From positions 1,635 through 65,634 of the forward strand of contig JAZQKF010000079.1 in NCBI GenBank assembly GCA_045542015.1: a stretch of 64,000 nt of DNA. The letters run 5' to 3'. Positions 1-9,589 of this stretch are shown one piece after another. The stretch is from Acutalibacteraceae bacterium (GTDB lineage: Bacteria > Bacillota > Clostridia > Oscillospirales > Acutalibacteraceae). The notes under the pieces were generated by a model. That model was given only the letters and a program-made list of their open reading frames with translations, ran no database searches and was not told the DNA's origin. The translations under genes and the position numbers were made by a program. How positions within the stretch are numbered: the first letter of the stretch is position 1; each line of letters opens with the position of its first letter.

Positions 1-156
1 CACGTCTACGCCGTGAACGGAGCAGGCCTGCTCCAGATTCTCGCTGCGGGCGCCGGGGCAACCCAGGCAATGCATACCCATCTCCAAGAAATAAGGGGCC
101 GTGGTAGCGTCGGCATCCAGAATGTTGCCGATAATGCTCTCTTTGGTAATAATCAT
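1..156 (-). CDS. DUF1858-like small Cys-motif protein (3' end runs off the window)
   Basis: ATG at 156 (complement), 8 nt after GAAAGGAG. Translation MIITKESIIGNILDADATTAPYFLEMGMHCLGCPGARSENLEQACSVHGVDV carries the GMHCxGCP signature I associate with DUF1858. Missing from the ORF track because it is truncated. Confidence 0.55.
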   Translation of the reverse strand, partial: MIITKESIIGNILDADATTAPYFLEMGMHCLGCPGARSENLEQACSVHGVDV

Positions 157-225
157 AACCTTTTCTCCTTTCATTAAGTACAACTACAGTATAGCATCTT
201 GCGGGGAAAATGCAACCGATTTTAA

Positions 226-3200
226 TCAGTTGGCGTTCTTTTCCACCGCCAGAGTAACGGTTTCGCCGTTGATGTTCCACTCCTTGACGTAGCCGGCGGT
301 CTCACCCACCGTCAGCGCGGTGGCCATCACGTCGGTGCCGATGGATTCCCAATTGCGGGTCACCAGCTGCTCCACCGTATCGTTGCCGCTGACGTACACG
401 GAAATGGTGTCCATCACCTCAAAGCCGGCCTCTTTACGCATGGTCTGCAGCTTGCTGACCACCTCGCGGACAAAGCCCTCTTCGATCAGCTGGGGGGTCA
501 AGCGGGTGTCGATAGCCACGGTGATGCCGCGGTCGGACACGGTGTAATAGCCCTCGGTTTGGGTGGTTTCGATCAGCATATCCTCGGTGTACAGCGTTAC
601 GTCGCCGGAGGCCAGATTCAGAGTGATAGCGCCCTTCTGATCCAGCTCCGCCTTGGCAGCGTTGCCGTCCAGCTCGGTCAGAGCCCCACGAATGTCATTG
701 AGCTGCTTGCCGTACTTGGGACCCACCGTCTTCAGCTGAGGCTTAAAGGAATAGCTCATAAAGGCGGCGGCATCTGTGATGAATTCCACCGACTTGATGT
801 TCAGCTCGTCCGCGATGATGGCGGTGCACAGCTCATCCAAGCTGCCATCCATCTGCACGTACATCTTGCCCAAGGGCTGACGGTTCTTGCAGGCGGCGCC
901 GTTACGGGCGGCACGGCCCTGCACCACGATCTGCAATACGCTGTCCATAGCGGTCTCCAGAGCAGTATCGATATAAGCCTCGTTCACCTCGGGGAAGGCG
1001 CACAGATGCACGCTGGCAGGAGCAGTGGGATCGTTCTCGCACACCAGGTTGCGGTAAATATCCTCCGCCATAAAGGGAATCATGGGTGCCGCAGCCTTGG
1101 CTACCGTCACCAAGGCGGTGTACAGCGTCATATAGGCGTTCACCTTATCCTGGGGCATATCCTTACCCCAGAAGCGCTCACGGCTGCGGCGGACGTACCA
1201 GTTACTCATCTCATCCACAAAATCCTGCAGCACACGGGCGGTCTCGGGAATGCGGTAATTGCCCAAATGATCGTCCACCGCACGGACGGTGGTATTCAGG
1301 CGGGACAGCAGCCACTTATCCATCAGCGACAGCTTATCGTACTCCAGGGTGTACTTGCCGGCATCGAAGTTGTCGATGTTGGCGTACAGCACAAAGAAGG
1401 CGTAGGTATTCCACAGCGTACCCATAAACTTGCGCTGGCACTCCTGCACCGCCTTGCCGGAGAAGCGGTTGGGCAGCCAAGGAGCCGAGTTGGAATAGAA
1501 ATACCAACGGATGGCGTCGGCGCCATAGGTTTCCAGCGCCTCGAAGGGATCCACGGCGTTGCCCTTGGACTTACTCATCTTCTGTCCGTCGGCATCCTGC
1601 ACATGACCCAGCACCAGCACGTTCTTATAAGGTGCTTTATTAAACAGCAGGGTGGAGATCGCCAGCAGAGAATAGAACCAACCACGGGTCTGGTCCACAC
1701 CCTCGGAGATAAAGTCCGCGGGGAACTGCTTGGCGAACAGATCCTGATTCTCAAAGGGATAATGATGCTGGGCAAAGGGCATCGCACCGGAGTCAAACCA
1801 GCAGTCGATGACCTCGGGTACCCGCTTCATCTCACCGCCGCATTCCGGACAGCGCAGGATGACGCCGTCGATAAAGGGACGGTGCAGCTCCACGTTATCG
1901 GGGCAGTCGACCGCCATCGCCTTCAGTTCCTCACGGCTGCCGATGGCGTGCTGATGACCGCAGGGGCACTCCCAGATATTCAGCGGAGTACCCCAATAGC
2001 GGTTACGGCTGATGCCCCAATCCTGCACGTTCTCCAGCCAGTCGCCGAAACGACCCTTACCGATGGATTCGGGAATCCAGTTAACAGTGTTATTATTGCG
2101 GATCAGATCCTCCCGCACGGCGGTCATCTTGATAAACCAAGACTCGCGGGCGTAGTAGATCAGGGGGGTGTCACAACGCCAGCAGAAGGGATAATCGTGC
2201 TCAAACTTAGGCGCGTCAAACAGCTGACCGCGGCTGTCCAGGTCCACCAGCACCTTGGGGTCGGCGTCCTTGACGAACAGACCGGCAAAGGGGGTGTCCT
2301 CGGTCATATGGCCGGCACCGTCCACCAGCTGTACGAAGGGCAGGTCGTACTTACGACCCACCTGGGCGTCATCCTCACCGAAGGCGGGGGCGATGTGCAC
2401 GATACCGGTACCGTCGGTCATGGTGACGTAACCGTCACAGGTGACAAAGAAGCCGGTCTTCTTCTGCTTATCGGCAACCGCCTTAGCGCAGTCAAACAAG
2501 GGCTCGTAGGCCTTGTGCTCCAAATCGCGACCCACATAGGTCTCCAGCACCTCATAGGCGGGAGCCTCCTCAGTGGCCAGCTTGCCAAGCACGCGATCCA
2601 GCAGAGCCTGTGCCATATAGTAGGTGTAGCCGTCGGCGGCCTTTACCTTGCAATAGGTCTCGTCGGGGTTGACGCACAGCGCCACGTTAGAGGGCAGGGT
2701 CCAGGGAGTAGTTGTCCAAGCCAAGAAGTAGGCGTCCTCGCCCACCACCTTAAAGCGGACGATAGCAGAGCGCTCTTTGACGCTCTTATAGCCCTGGGCC
2801 ACCTCGTGACTGGACAAGGGGGTGCCACAACGGGGACAATAAGGCACGATTTTAAAGCCCTTGTAGAGCAGCTGCTTGTCCCAAATCTGTTTCAGCGCCC
2901 ACCACTCGGACTCGATGTAATCGTCGTGATAGGTCACGTAGGGGTCGTTCATATCCACCCAGAAACCAACGGTGCCGGAGAAACCCTCCCACATTCCTTT
3001 GTATTTCCAGACGCTCTCTTTACATTTGCTGATGAAGGGTTCCAGACCGTATTCCTCGATCTGCTCCTTGCCGTCCAGACCCAGCTGTTTTTCGACCTCC
3101 AGCTCCACCGGCAGGCCGTGGGTGTCCCAGCCGGCCTTACGGGGCACCATATACCCCTTCATGGTGCGGTAACGGGGGATCATATCCTTGATCACGCGGG

Positions 3201-3381
3201 TCAGCACGTGACCGATATGGGGCTTACCGTTGGCGGTGGGAGGACCGTCGTAAAAGGTATAGGTCTCCCCCTGCTTGGTCTGCTCCAGAGTCTGCTCAAA
3301 CACCTTATTATCGGTCCAGAACTGCAGCACCTCGCGCTCACGCTGTACAAAGTTCATATTGGTCGATACCTTCTTGTACAT
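226..3381 (-). CDS. ileS: isoleucine--tRNA ligase
   Basis: 1051-aa translation with the class I signatures PPTANGKPHIGH and KMSKS and a zinc-finger CPxCG region. Start moved to the ATG at 3381 (MYKKVSTNMNF), 7 nt after GGAGG. Confidence 0.97.
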   Translation of the reverse strand: MYKKVSTNMNFVQREREVLQFWTDNKVFEQTLEQTKQGETYTFYDGPPTANGKPHIGHVLTRVIKDMIPRYRTMKGYMVPRKAGWDTHGLPVELEVEKQLGLDGKEQIEEYGLEPFISKCKESVWKYKGMWEGFSGTVGFWVDMNDPYVTYHDDYIESEWWALKQIWDKQLLYKGFKIVPYCPRCGTPLSSHEVAQGYKSVKERSAIVRFKVVGEDAYFLAWTTTPWTLPSNVALCVNPDETYCKVKAADGYTYYMAQALLDRVLGKLATEEAPAYEVLETYVGRDLEHKAYEPLFDCAKAVADKQKKTGFFVTCDGYVTMTDGTGIVHIAPAFGEDDAQVGRKYDLPFVQLVDGAGHMTEDTPFAGLFVKDADPKVLVDLDSRGQLFDAPKFEHDYPFCWRCDTPLIYYARESWFIKMTAVREDLIRNNNTVNWIPESIGKGRFGDWLENVQDWGISRNRYWGTPLNIWECPCGHQHAIGSREELKAMAVDCPDNVELHRPFIDGVILRCPECGGEMKRVPEVIDCWFDSGAMPFAQHHYPFENQDLFAKQFPADFISEGVDQTRGWFYSLLAISTLLFNKAPYKNVLVLGHVQDADGQKMSKSKGNAVDPFEALETYGADAIRWYFYSNSAPWLPNRFSGKAVQECQRKFMGTLWNTYAFFVLYANIDNFDAGKYTLEYDKLSLMDKWLLSRLNTTVRAVDDHLGNYRIPETARVLQDFVDEMSNWYVRRSRERFWGKDMPQDKVNAYMTLYTALVTVAKAAAPMIPFMAEDIYRNLVCENDPTAPASVHLCAFPEVNEAYIDTALETAMDSVLQIVVQGRAARNGAACKNRQPLGKMYVQMDGSLDELCTAIIADELNIKSVEFITDAAAFMSYSFKPQLKTVGPKYGKQLNDIRGALTELDGNAAKAELDQKGAITLNLASGDVTLYTEDMLIETTQTEGYYTVSDRGITVAIDTRLTPQLIEEGFVREVVSKLQTMRKEAGFEVMDTISVYVSGNDTVEQLVTRNWESIGTDVMATALTVGETAGYVKEWNINGETVTLAVEKNAN

Positions 3382-3395
3382 CTCAAAACCTCCGA

Positions 3396-3656
3396 AAATA
3401 AAAAATCCCCCGCCCTGCAAACAGGACGAGAGTAAACCTCGCTATACCACCTATCTTGCACGTACCATCATACGTCTTCCCGTTAACGGGGGAAAACCGT
3501 CCGTGCCTAGTGGTCACCCATTCAGCCGGCAACTCCCGAGTGATCTTCACACAAAGGCTATCCGTCGGGCTTACACCGTCCCCGACTCGCTGAGGGATAT
3601 TCCCCCTTGCGCTACTGTCTCGTTCTTCGTCTTTTAAATAATAGTATTGAATTAGC
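3396..3656 (-). promoter_or_regulatory. T-box leader (Ile specifier) with intrinsic terminator
   Basis: Read on the minus strand. AGACAGTA and GGTGTAA stem-I motifs. Specifier loop GAAG-ATC-A (ATC at 3542-3544). T-box sequence AGGTGGTATAGCGAGG (about 3443-3460). Terminator CGTCCTG-TTTG-CAGGGCG plus a T-run at 3396-3430. Confidence 0.85.
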
Positions 3657-3662
3657 AAACCT

Positions 3663-3691
3663 ATCATACCCCACTCTGCCGAAAATGTCAA
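3663..3691 (-). promoter_or_regulatory. sigma-A type promoter for the ileS leader
   Basis: Minus strand TTGACA (3686-3691), 17 nt spacer, TATGAT (3663-3668). Confidence 0.6.
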
Positions 3692-3923
3692 GGGGAAAAG
3701 GGAAAACCGCCCGATGGAGTCCATCGGGCGGCTTTCCGTTAGAGGGGTGTTTTGAGGAGGATGCACTCGGTTTTTTACGGGAGAGGTGCGGTTGCGGCTC
3801 CGACCTCTCCCCCCGAGCACATCCACAGTATAACGGACAAGTGTGAAAAAACTATGTCAAATTCGTGAATACTCAGTAAGAAAACTGTTAACACACGGAT
3901 TTATAAAAAATTTTGCAAAAAAG

Positions 3924-3964
3924 CAAACAAATGTTTGACTTTTACCGAACATATGTGCTATACT
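3924..3964 (+). promoter_or_regulatory. lexA promoter with two LexA (Cheo/DinR-type) boxes
   Basis: TTGACT (3935-3940), 18 nt spacer, TATACT (3959-3964). CGAACATATGTGC (3946-3958) lies in the spacer and resembles CGAACnnnnGTTCG. Palindrome CAAACAAATGTTTG (3924-3937) overlaps the -35. Confidence 0.6.
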
Positions 3965-3997
3965 GTGTGCAGGAGTAAGAAAATAGGAGGTTTTTCT

Positions 3998-4585
3998 ATG
4001 AAACCCTTGAACGAAAAACAGCAAAAAGTTCTGAATTTTGTCAAAGAGCGTCTGGGCGACGGCATCCCCCCCTCTGTGCGGGAGATCTGCGAGGCCACCG
4101 GCATTAAATCCACCTCTACCGTCCACGCCTATCTCAAGCGACTGGAGGACGAGGGGTATATTGACCGCCGCAGCGGTCTGAACCGCGCCATCCGCCTGCC
4201 CGGTGAGAGTGTCACCCGTGTGCCGCTGCTGGGTCGCGTCACCGCCGGTATGCCCATTCTGGCCGTGGAGGAGGTAGAGGACTACGTCCCCTTCTCCAGC
4301 GGCAGCCAGTACCCCGCCGGCGAGCTGTTCGCCCTGCGGGTGACCGGTACCAGTATGATCAACGCGGGCATTCTGGACCGCGACGTGGTGATCGTACGCC
4401 GCACCAACACCGCCCAAAACGGCGACGTGGTGGTGGCGCTCATCGGCGACGAGGCCACCGTCAAGCGCATTTATATGGAGAAGGACCACATCCGTTTGCA
4501 GCCCGAAAACCCCGAGTATGAGCCCATCATCGTCAAAGAGGCTGTGGTGCTGGGTAAGGTCATCTCTCTGGTGCGGTATTTCTGA
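3998..4585 (+). CDS. lexA: LexA repressor (S24 autopeptidase)
   Basis: MKPLNEKQQKVLNFVKE..., a winged-helix N-terminus, AG cleavage-site context (VTAGMPILA), and S..K peptidase motifs (GTSM ... VKR). ATG at 3998 follows AGGAGG. Confidence 0.95.
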   Translation: MKPLNEKQQKVLNFVKERLGDGIPPSVREICEATGIKSTSTVHAYLKRLEDEGYIDRRSGLNRAIRLPGESVTRVPLLGRVTAGMPILAVEEVEDYVPFSSGSQYPAGELFALRVTGTSMINAGILDRDVVIVRRTNTAQNGDVVVALIGDEATVKRIYMEKDHIRLQPENPEYEPIIVKEAVVLGKVISLVRYF

Positions 4586-5025
4586 TGGGGGCGCCGAAGT
4601 ATCTCGTCAGCGCCTGTCTGTGCGGCGAATGTTGCCGCTATGACGGAGGCTCCTTCGACTATCCTGCCCTGCGCAAGCTGGTGGAGGACGGTATCGCCCT
4701 CCCCTATTGCCCCGAGCATCAGGGCGGTCTGCCCATCCCCCGCAAACCCTGCGAGATCGTGGGTGAGCGGGTATTGGCGGCAGACGGCACCGACTGCACA
4801 GCGGAATATACCCGCGGTGCCGAGGGGGCGCTGGCGCTGTGCAAGCAACACGGCATCGCCGCCGCCATCCTCAAGGAGAGCAGCCCCAGCTGCGGCAGCC
4901 ATCTCATCTATGACGGCACCCACACAGGACATAAAATCCCCGGGATGGGACTTGCCGCCCGCCTACTGAGCGAAAACGGCATTCGGTTATACACCGAAAA
5001 AGAGTTGCCGACAGAAATCGATTAA
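4585..5025 (+). CDS. DUF523 (YbbK/TudS-like) Cys-rich protein
   Basis: The motifs LVSACLCGECCRYDG and KESSPSCG are typical of DUF523. Its ATG overlaps the lexA TGA (TGATG). Confidence 0.8.
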   Translation: MGAPKYLVSACLCGECCRYDGGSFDYPALRKLVEDGIALPYCPEHQGGLPIPRKPCEIVGERVLAADGTDCTAEYTRGAEGALALCKQHGIAAAILKESSPSCGSHLIYDGTHTGHKIPGMGLAARLLSENGIRLYTEKELPTEID

Positions 5026-5059
5026 AAAGAGCCGTACCCCGCGGGGTACGGCTCTTTTG
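5023..5059. terminator. bidirectional intrinsic terminator
   Basis: Hairpin AGAGCCGTACCCC-GC-GGGGTACGGCTCT, flanked by an A-run and a T-run, between convergent genes. Confidence 0.8.
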
Positions 5060-5060
5060 C

Positions 5061-6860
5061 TTATGCCAGTGAATATTTAGCGATGTAGGCGCGATAGGCG
5101 GACTCAAAGTCCTCGTTGCCGTGCTTAACGCCGTGGAGATAGTTGTGAATGTCGTAGGCGTTGTGCTCTGTTTCGATGATCGCCACCGCCACGTTAGAGC
5201 AGTGGTCGGAGATACGCTCGAAGTTGGTCAGCGCATCCGACAGCACAAAGCCCATCTCAATGCTGCACTCGCCGTGACGCAGACGACGAATATGATGGGA
5301 GCGAATCTTGGCGATCAGATCGTCAATGACCTGCTCCAGCGGCTCCACCTGAGCCGCCAACAGCGCGTCATTGTCCGCATAAGCGCGGTCGGTAAGCTCC
5401 AGAATTTCGCGTATGGCCTCCACCAACACGGACAGTTCCTCTTTCGCCTCGTCCGTAAAGGACAGACCCTTCTCATACAGTTCGCGGGCACTACCGGTCA
5501 GATTCAGCGCGTGGTCACCCAGTCGCTCGAAATTGCCGATGGCGTGGAGCATCTTGGAAACCACCTGGGAGTCTTTTTCGGACAAGGAACGGGACGACAG
5601 CTGTACCAGATAGGTGCTCAGTTTATCCTCGTTCTCATCCAGAATCTTCTCAGCGGTACGGATCTCCTCCACACAATTCTCATCGTACTTGCCAAACAAG
5701 CCGATGGCGCGAACAACGTTCTGATGTGCCAACGCACACATACTGATGGTGGCCGCGTTGCTCTCAGACACCGCCACAGAGGGGGAATTGAGCAGACGCT
5801 CGTCCAGGAACAGGCCGCGGGGCGCTTTCTCCTCCTTGCCGTCCGGCACCAAGGCCTGAGCAATCTTCTCCATCAGCTTGCTCATAGGCAGCAACAACGC
5901 CGCGGTCAGCACATTAAACACCGAATGGCAAACAGCCACCGAGAAAGCGGATGCCTGACTGTTATCGGTCAGGAAAGGAATAGCGGGGACCAGTGTGATG
6001 ACGACCATATACACCGCCAACCACACCACCGTGCCGATGACGTTCATTGTCAGGTGCAGGACCGCCACCCGTTTCGCATTGCGATTGGTGCCGATACACG
6101 AAATCAGCGAGGTGACACACGTACCAATGTTAGCACCCATCACCAGAGGAATCGCCATACCGTTGTTAATGGCGCCATTAAGCGCGAAGGTCTGCACGAT
6201 ACCGATGGTAGCCGCCGAAGACTGCACAATACCGGTGAACAACGTGCTAATGAGCAACAGGATCAGCGGATTATCAAACATACCCAAGATGGTGCTGAAC
6301 TCATTGAGTTCAGACAAGGGTTCTACGGCATCGCCCATCATCTTCATACCATAGATCAACACAGCAAAGCCCACCAACACGGTACCGATGCTCTTACGCT
6401 GATCGCGCTTTGACAGCATCAGCAGAGCGATACCGAACAATGCCAGCACCGGAGCGAAATTCTCCGGCTTGAGCATCATAATGCCCACGTTATTATCCGG
6501 AATGCCGGACAAAGACAGTATCCACGAGGTGAAGGTGGTACCGATATTGGCACCGTAAATGACGTACAGCGTCTGGGACATGGTCATCAGACCGGAGTTG
6601 ACCAGACCCACCAACATCACGGTGGTGGCCGAAGAGGATTGCACTGCTATGGTAATCGTCGCGCCCAGAAGAATGCTGACCAACGGGCTTGCCGTCGCCG
6701 TCTTCAGCATACGCTCCAGTTTACCGCCGGACATCTTCTCCAGGCTGCCGGACATTACATTCATACCAAACATAAAGAAGACCAAACCAACCATCAACCC
6801 AATGATAATGGTCAGCCAATGCTGGGAAGTCATCTCCCCTATGGCGGAGGGAAAATTCAT
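5061..6860 (-). CDS. Na/Pi cotransporter family protein with C-terminal PhoU-like repeats
   Basis: Polytopic N-terminal half with duplicated GANIGTT/GANIGTC motifs. The C-terminal half has two PhoU-like (ERIGDH/ERISDH) repeats. Start set at the ATG at 6860 (MNFPSAIGE) after GAGG. Confidence 0.9.
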   Translation of the reverse strand: MNFPSAIGEMTSQHWLTIIIGLMVGLVFFMFGMNVMSGSLEKMSGGKLERMLKTATASPLVSILLGATITIAVQSSSATTVMLVGLVNSGLMTMSQTLYVIYGANIGTTFTSWILSLSGIPDNNVGIMMLKPENFAPVLALFGIALLMLSKRDQRKSIGTVLVGFAVLIYGMKMMGDAVEPLSELNEFSTILGMFDNPLILLLISTLFTGIVQSSAATIGIVQTFALNGAINNGMAIPLVMGANIGTCVTSLISCIGTNRNAKRVAVLHLTMNVIGTVVWLAVYMVVITLVPAIPFLTDNSQASAFSVAVCHSVFNVLTAALLLPMSKLMEKIAQALVPDGKEEKAPRGLFLDERLLNSPSVAVSESNAATISMCALAHQNVVRAIGLFGKYDENCVEEIRTAEKILDENEDKLSTYLVQLSSRSLSEKDSQVVSKMLHAIGNFERLGDHALNLTGSARELYEKGLSFTDEAKEELSVLVEAIREILELTDRAYADNDALLAAQVEPLEQVIDDLIAKIRSHHIRRLRHGECSIEMGFVLSDALTNFERISDHCSNVAVAIIETEHNAYDIHNYLHGVKHGNEDFESAYRAYIAKYSLA

Positions 6861-7026
6861 CACATCAACCTCGCTTCTGTTTACACGAAATGATCGTGGC
6901 CGCGGGGCAAACCATTTGCCCACTATTGTTAATAGTATCACAATAAACAAGCGTTTTCAACATTTCATCAATAATTTCGGTCTGTCAAATCCGCTAAACT
7001 TTTTTCCACATTGTAGGGAATATGTA

Positions 7027-7060
7027 TAAAAGAAAGAGCCGAGGCGGTTGCCTCGGCTCT
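7027..7060 (-). terminator. intrinsic terminator after the EF-G paralog
   Basis: Hairpin AGAGCCGAGGC-AACC-GCCTCGGCTCT followed by TTTCTTTT on the minus strand. Confidence 0.75.
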
Positions 7061-7090
7061 TCTCTATGGGTTTCGATATTTTATGTTCGA

Positions 7091-9154
7091 TTACTCAGCC
7101 TTCGCGCGGGCGGCGATCACTTTATCCGCCACCGGCTTGGGAGCCTCCTCGTACCGCTCAAAAGCCAGGGTGAAATAACCGCGACCCTGAGTAGTGGAGC
7201 GCAGCATCACGGCGTAGTCACCCATCTCGCCCTGAGGCACCTCGGCCTCAATACAGGTCAACTCGTCCTCGGCGGGGTTCATACCCAGCACGCGACCGCG
7301 ACGCTTGTTAATGTCACCCATAATGTCGCCGGTATTGTCCGAAGGGACGTACACCGCCAGATGCATCACCGGCTCCAGCAGGATGGGGTTAGCGTCGGCG
7401 ATACCGGCCTTGTAGGCCAGAGAAGCGGCGGTCTTGAACGCCATTTCGGAAGAGTCGACGGGATGGTAAGAACCATCCACCAGAGTCGCCTTGACGCCCA
7501 CCAGCGGATAACCGGCCAGCACGCCTTCCTTGGCACAATCCTGCAGACCCTTCTCCACCGCGGGGAAGTAGTTCTTAGGCACGGCGCCGCCGAACACCTT
7601 CTCCTCGAAGACCAGGTCGTCGCCCTCCCAGGGCTCGAACTCGATCCACACGTCACCGAACTGACCGTGACCGCCGGACTGCTTCTTGTGGCGACCCTGC
7701 ACCTTCACCTTGCGGCGGATGGTCTCACGATAGGCCACCTCGGGCTCGGTCAGGGTAACCTCGGCGCCGAACTTGGACTTCAAGCGAGAGACGATGATAT
7801 CCAAATGCTGCTCACCCATACCGGACAGAATCAGCTCGCCGGTTTCGGTGTTTTTCTCCACCTTAATGGTGGGGTCTTCCTCTGCCAGTTTGGCCAGACC
7901 GGTGGCTACCTTTTCCTCGTCGCCCTTCTTGGTGGTGTTGACCGCCATAGACAGGCAGGGAGCGTCAAAGGGTACGCCGGGCAGGGTCACGGGGCAGCTG
8001 GGAGCGCACAGGGTATCGCCGGTGCCGGTGTTGACCAGTTTCGCCACAGCGCCGATGTCGCCGGCGGTGATGAAGGGAGCCTCCTCCTGCTTCTTACCGC
8101 GGACGTAGAACAGTTTACCCAGACGCTCGGTCTCACCGGTGCGGCTGTTGAGCAGCGCCATATCCGGTACGACCTTACCACGGATGACCTTGAAATAAAC
8201 CATCTTACCCACAAAGGGGTCAACGACGGTCTTAAACACGGTAGCGACGGTGGGAGCATCCTCGTCCACTTCCAGCTCGATGGGATCGCCGTTGGCGTCG
8301 GTGCCGATCTCGCCGGCCACGGACTCGGCCCAAGGTGCCAACCACAGCAGACCGGTCAGCAGCTGATCAATGGCCTCCAGTTCCTGCGCAGAGCCGCAGA
8401 ACACGGGGGCGATCTCGCCGCGGCGAACACCGGTGGCGATGCCCTTAATCAACTCGTCGGGGGTGAACTCCTCGCCGGAGAAGTATTTCTCCATCAGTTC
8501 CTCGCTGGTCTCGGCAACCGCCTCGTTCATAGCGGTGCGCAGGCCCTCCAGACGGTGACCCATATCGGGAATGGGAACCTGCTTCGCTTTGCCGTCCTCA
8601 TAGGTATAGGCACGGTACTCCAACAGGTTGACATAGCACTCCACCTTATGATCCACCACGTGGGGAACCACCATCGGGCAGACCATAGGACCGAACTTGC
8701 CCTTCAGGTCCTCAAACACTTTATAGAAATCCGCGCTCTCGCGGTCCAGCTTATTGACAAAGAAGATGGTGGCAATACCCTTCTTCTGAGCGGCGGAAAA
8801 CGCCTTTTCGGCGCCGACGGTCAGACCACTCTTACCGGACACCACGATAACCGAGGAACCGGCCGCACGGACGCCCTCACGCAGGCCGCCCACAAAATCG
8901 AACAAACCGGGAGTATCCAGAATGTTCAGTTTGGTATTCTTCCACTCTACGGGAACCAAAGAAGTGGATACCGACACCTGACGGCGGATCTCCTCCGGAT
9001 CGAAGTCGCTGACGGTGTTGCCATCCGCCACCTTGCCCAGACGATCGGCCTGATAAGCCAGATAATACATCGCCTCGGTCAAAGAGGTTTTGCCGGAGCC
9101 GGCATGGCCGGTCAGCGCCACATTACGGATGGTTTTTGCGTTGTAGTTTTTCAT
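7091..9154 (-). CDS. elongation factor G family translational GTPase (paralog)
   Basis: G1 AHAGSGKTS, DTPG, NKLD, and EF-G domains II-V (HGQFGDVWIEFEP...). Start at the ATG at 9154 (MKNYNAKTIRNV). Confidence 0.9.
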   Translation of the reverse strand: MKNYNAKTIRNVALTGHAGSGKTSLTEAMYYLAYQADRLGKVADGNTVSDFDPEEIRRQVSVSTSLVPVEWKNTKLNILDTPGLFDFVGGLREGVRAAGSSVIVVSGKSGLTVGAEKAFSAAQKKGIATIFFVNKLDRESADFYKVFEDLKGKFGPMVCPMVVPHVVDHKVECYVNLLEYRAYTYEDGKAKQVPIPDMGHRLEGLRTAMNEAVAETSEELMEKYFSGEEFTPDELIKGIATGVRRGEIAPVFCGSAQELEAIDQLLTGLLWLAPWAESVAGEIGTDANGDPIELEVDEDAPTVATVFKTVVDPFVGKMVYFKVIRGKVVPDMALLNSRTGETERLGKLFYVRGKKQEEAPFITAGDIGAVAKLVNTGTGDTLCAPSCPVTLPGVPFDAPCLSMAVNTTKKGDEEKVATGLAKLAEEDPTIKVEKNTETGELILSGMGEQHLDIIVSRLKSKFGAEVTLTEPEVAYRETIRRKVKVQGRHKKQSGGHGQFGDVWIEFEPWEGDDLVFEEKVFGGAVPKNYFPAVEKGLQDCAKEGVLAGYPLVGVKATLVDGSYHPVDSSEMAFKTAASLAYKAGIADANPILLEPVMHLAVYVPSDNTGDIMGDINKRRGRVLGMNPAEDELTCIEAEVPQGEMGDYAVMLRSTTQGRGYFTLAFERYEEAPKPVADKVIAARAKAE

Positions 9155-9271
9155 AGATGCACGCCCTTTCTGATAACCTCTCCCCCGCCTTTGGCTGTTT
9201 TGCATAGCAAAAGGACGAGGATTAGGATATTTTGCACAAAAAAATCAAACAAACCTCGTTTGTTTTATACG

Positions 9272-9300
9272 ATTATACTACAACCCAACCGATTTGACAA
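9272..9300 (-). promoter_or_regulatory. sigma-A type promoter for the EF-G paralog
   Basis: Minus strand TTGTCA (9295-9300), 17 nt spacer, TATAAT (9272-9277). Confidence 0.5.
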
Positions 9301-9352
9301 CAGTTTTTTGTGAAATTTTTTCAAAATTATAGTAGATTATATTTTATACATT

Positions 9353-9381
9353 AAAAAAAGGTCACCCGTAATCGGGTGACC
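9353..9381 (-). terminator. intrinsic terminator after the kinase/nucleotidyltransferase operon
   Basis: Hairpin GGTCACCCG-ATTA-CGGGTGACC followed by TTTTTTT on the minus strand. Confidence 0.7.
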
Positions 9382-9589
9382 TTTCTAAGCAGATGACTTG
9401 CTTACTGTTTTTCGTTTTCAGTAAGCGTTGATGAAATTGGTGTGCGCTTATCGGCGAGGTGGTTTTTTGTCGGGGATAGGTCAAAAGCGCAGGGAATACT
9501 GTATGTATTTCCGAGCATTTTGGACATTTCCGGCGAAAAATCCAACCGACGAGAAGCGTGCACAAGATTTCATCAGCGGTTACAAAATA

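Noticed and set aside
559-3435. Very long antisense ORFs mirroring real genes. Examples: 559-3435 (+) opposite ileS, 7022-9313 (+) opposite the EF-G paralog, 23994-25844 (+), 42046-44901 (+), 51728-53731 (+), 58453-60222 (-).
   Set aside because: They lie exactly opposite genes with clear family signatures. Their translations are low-complexity (G/V/L/H/Q/A-rich). They lack SD sequences. This is the shadow-ORF artefact expected in GC3-rich genomes.
7091-9154. EF-G paralog as a TetM/TetO-type ribosomal protection protein.
   Set aside because: The sequence reads as a generic EF-G family GTPase. I cannot support a resistance call without a similarity search, and nothing in the context suggests a mobile resistance element.
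9382-9589. 208-bp gap between the nucleotidyltransferase stop and its terminator, including track ORF 9362-9565 (-).
   Set aside because: The translation is implausible (Cys/Arg/Lys-rich, no SD). I see only one extra hairpin (about 9396-9428), which is not enough to call a gene or an sRNA.
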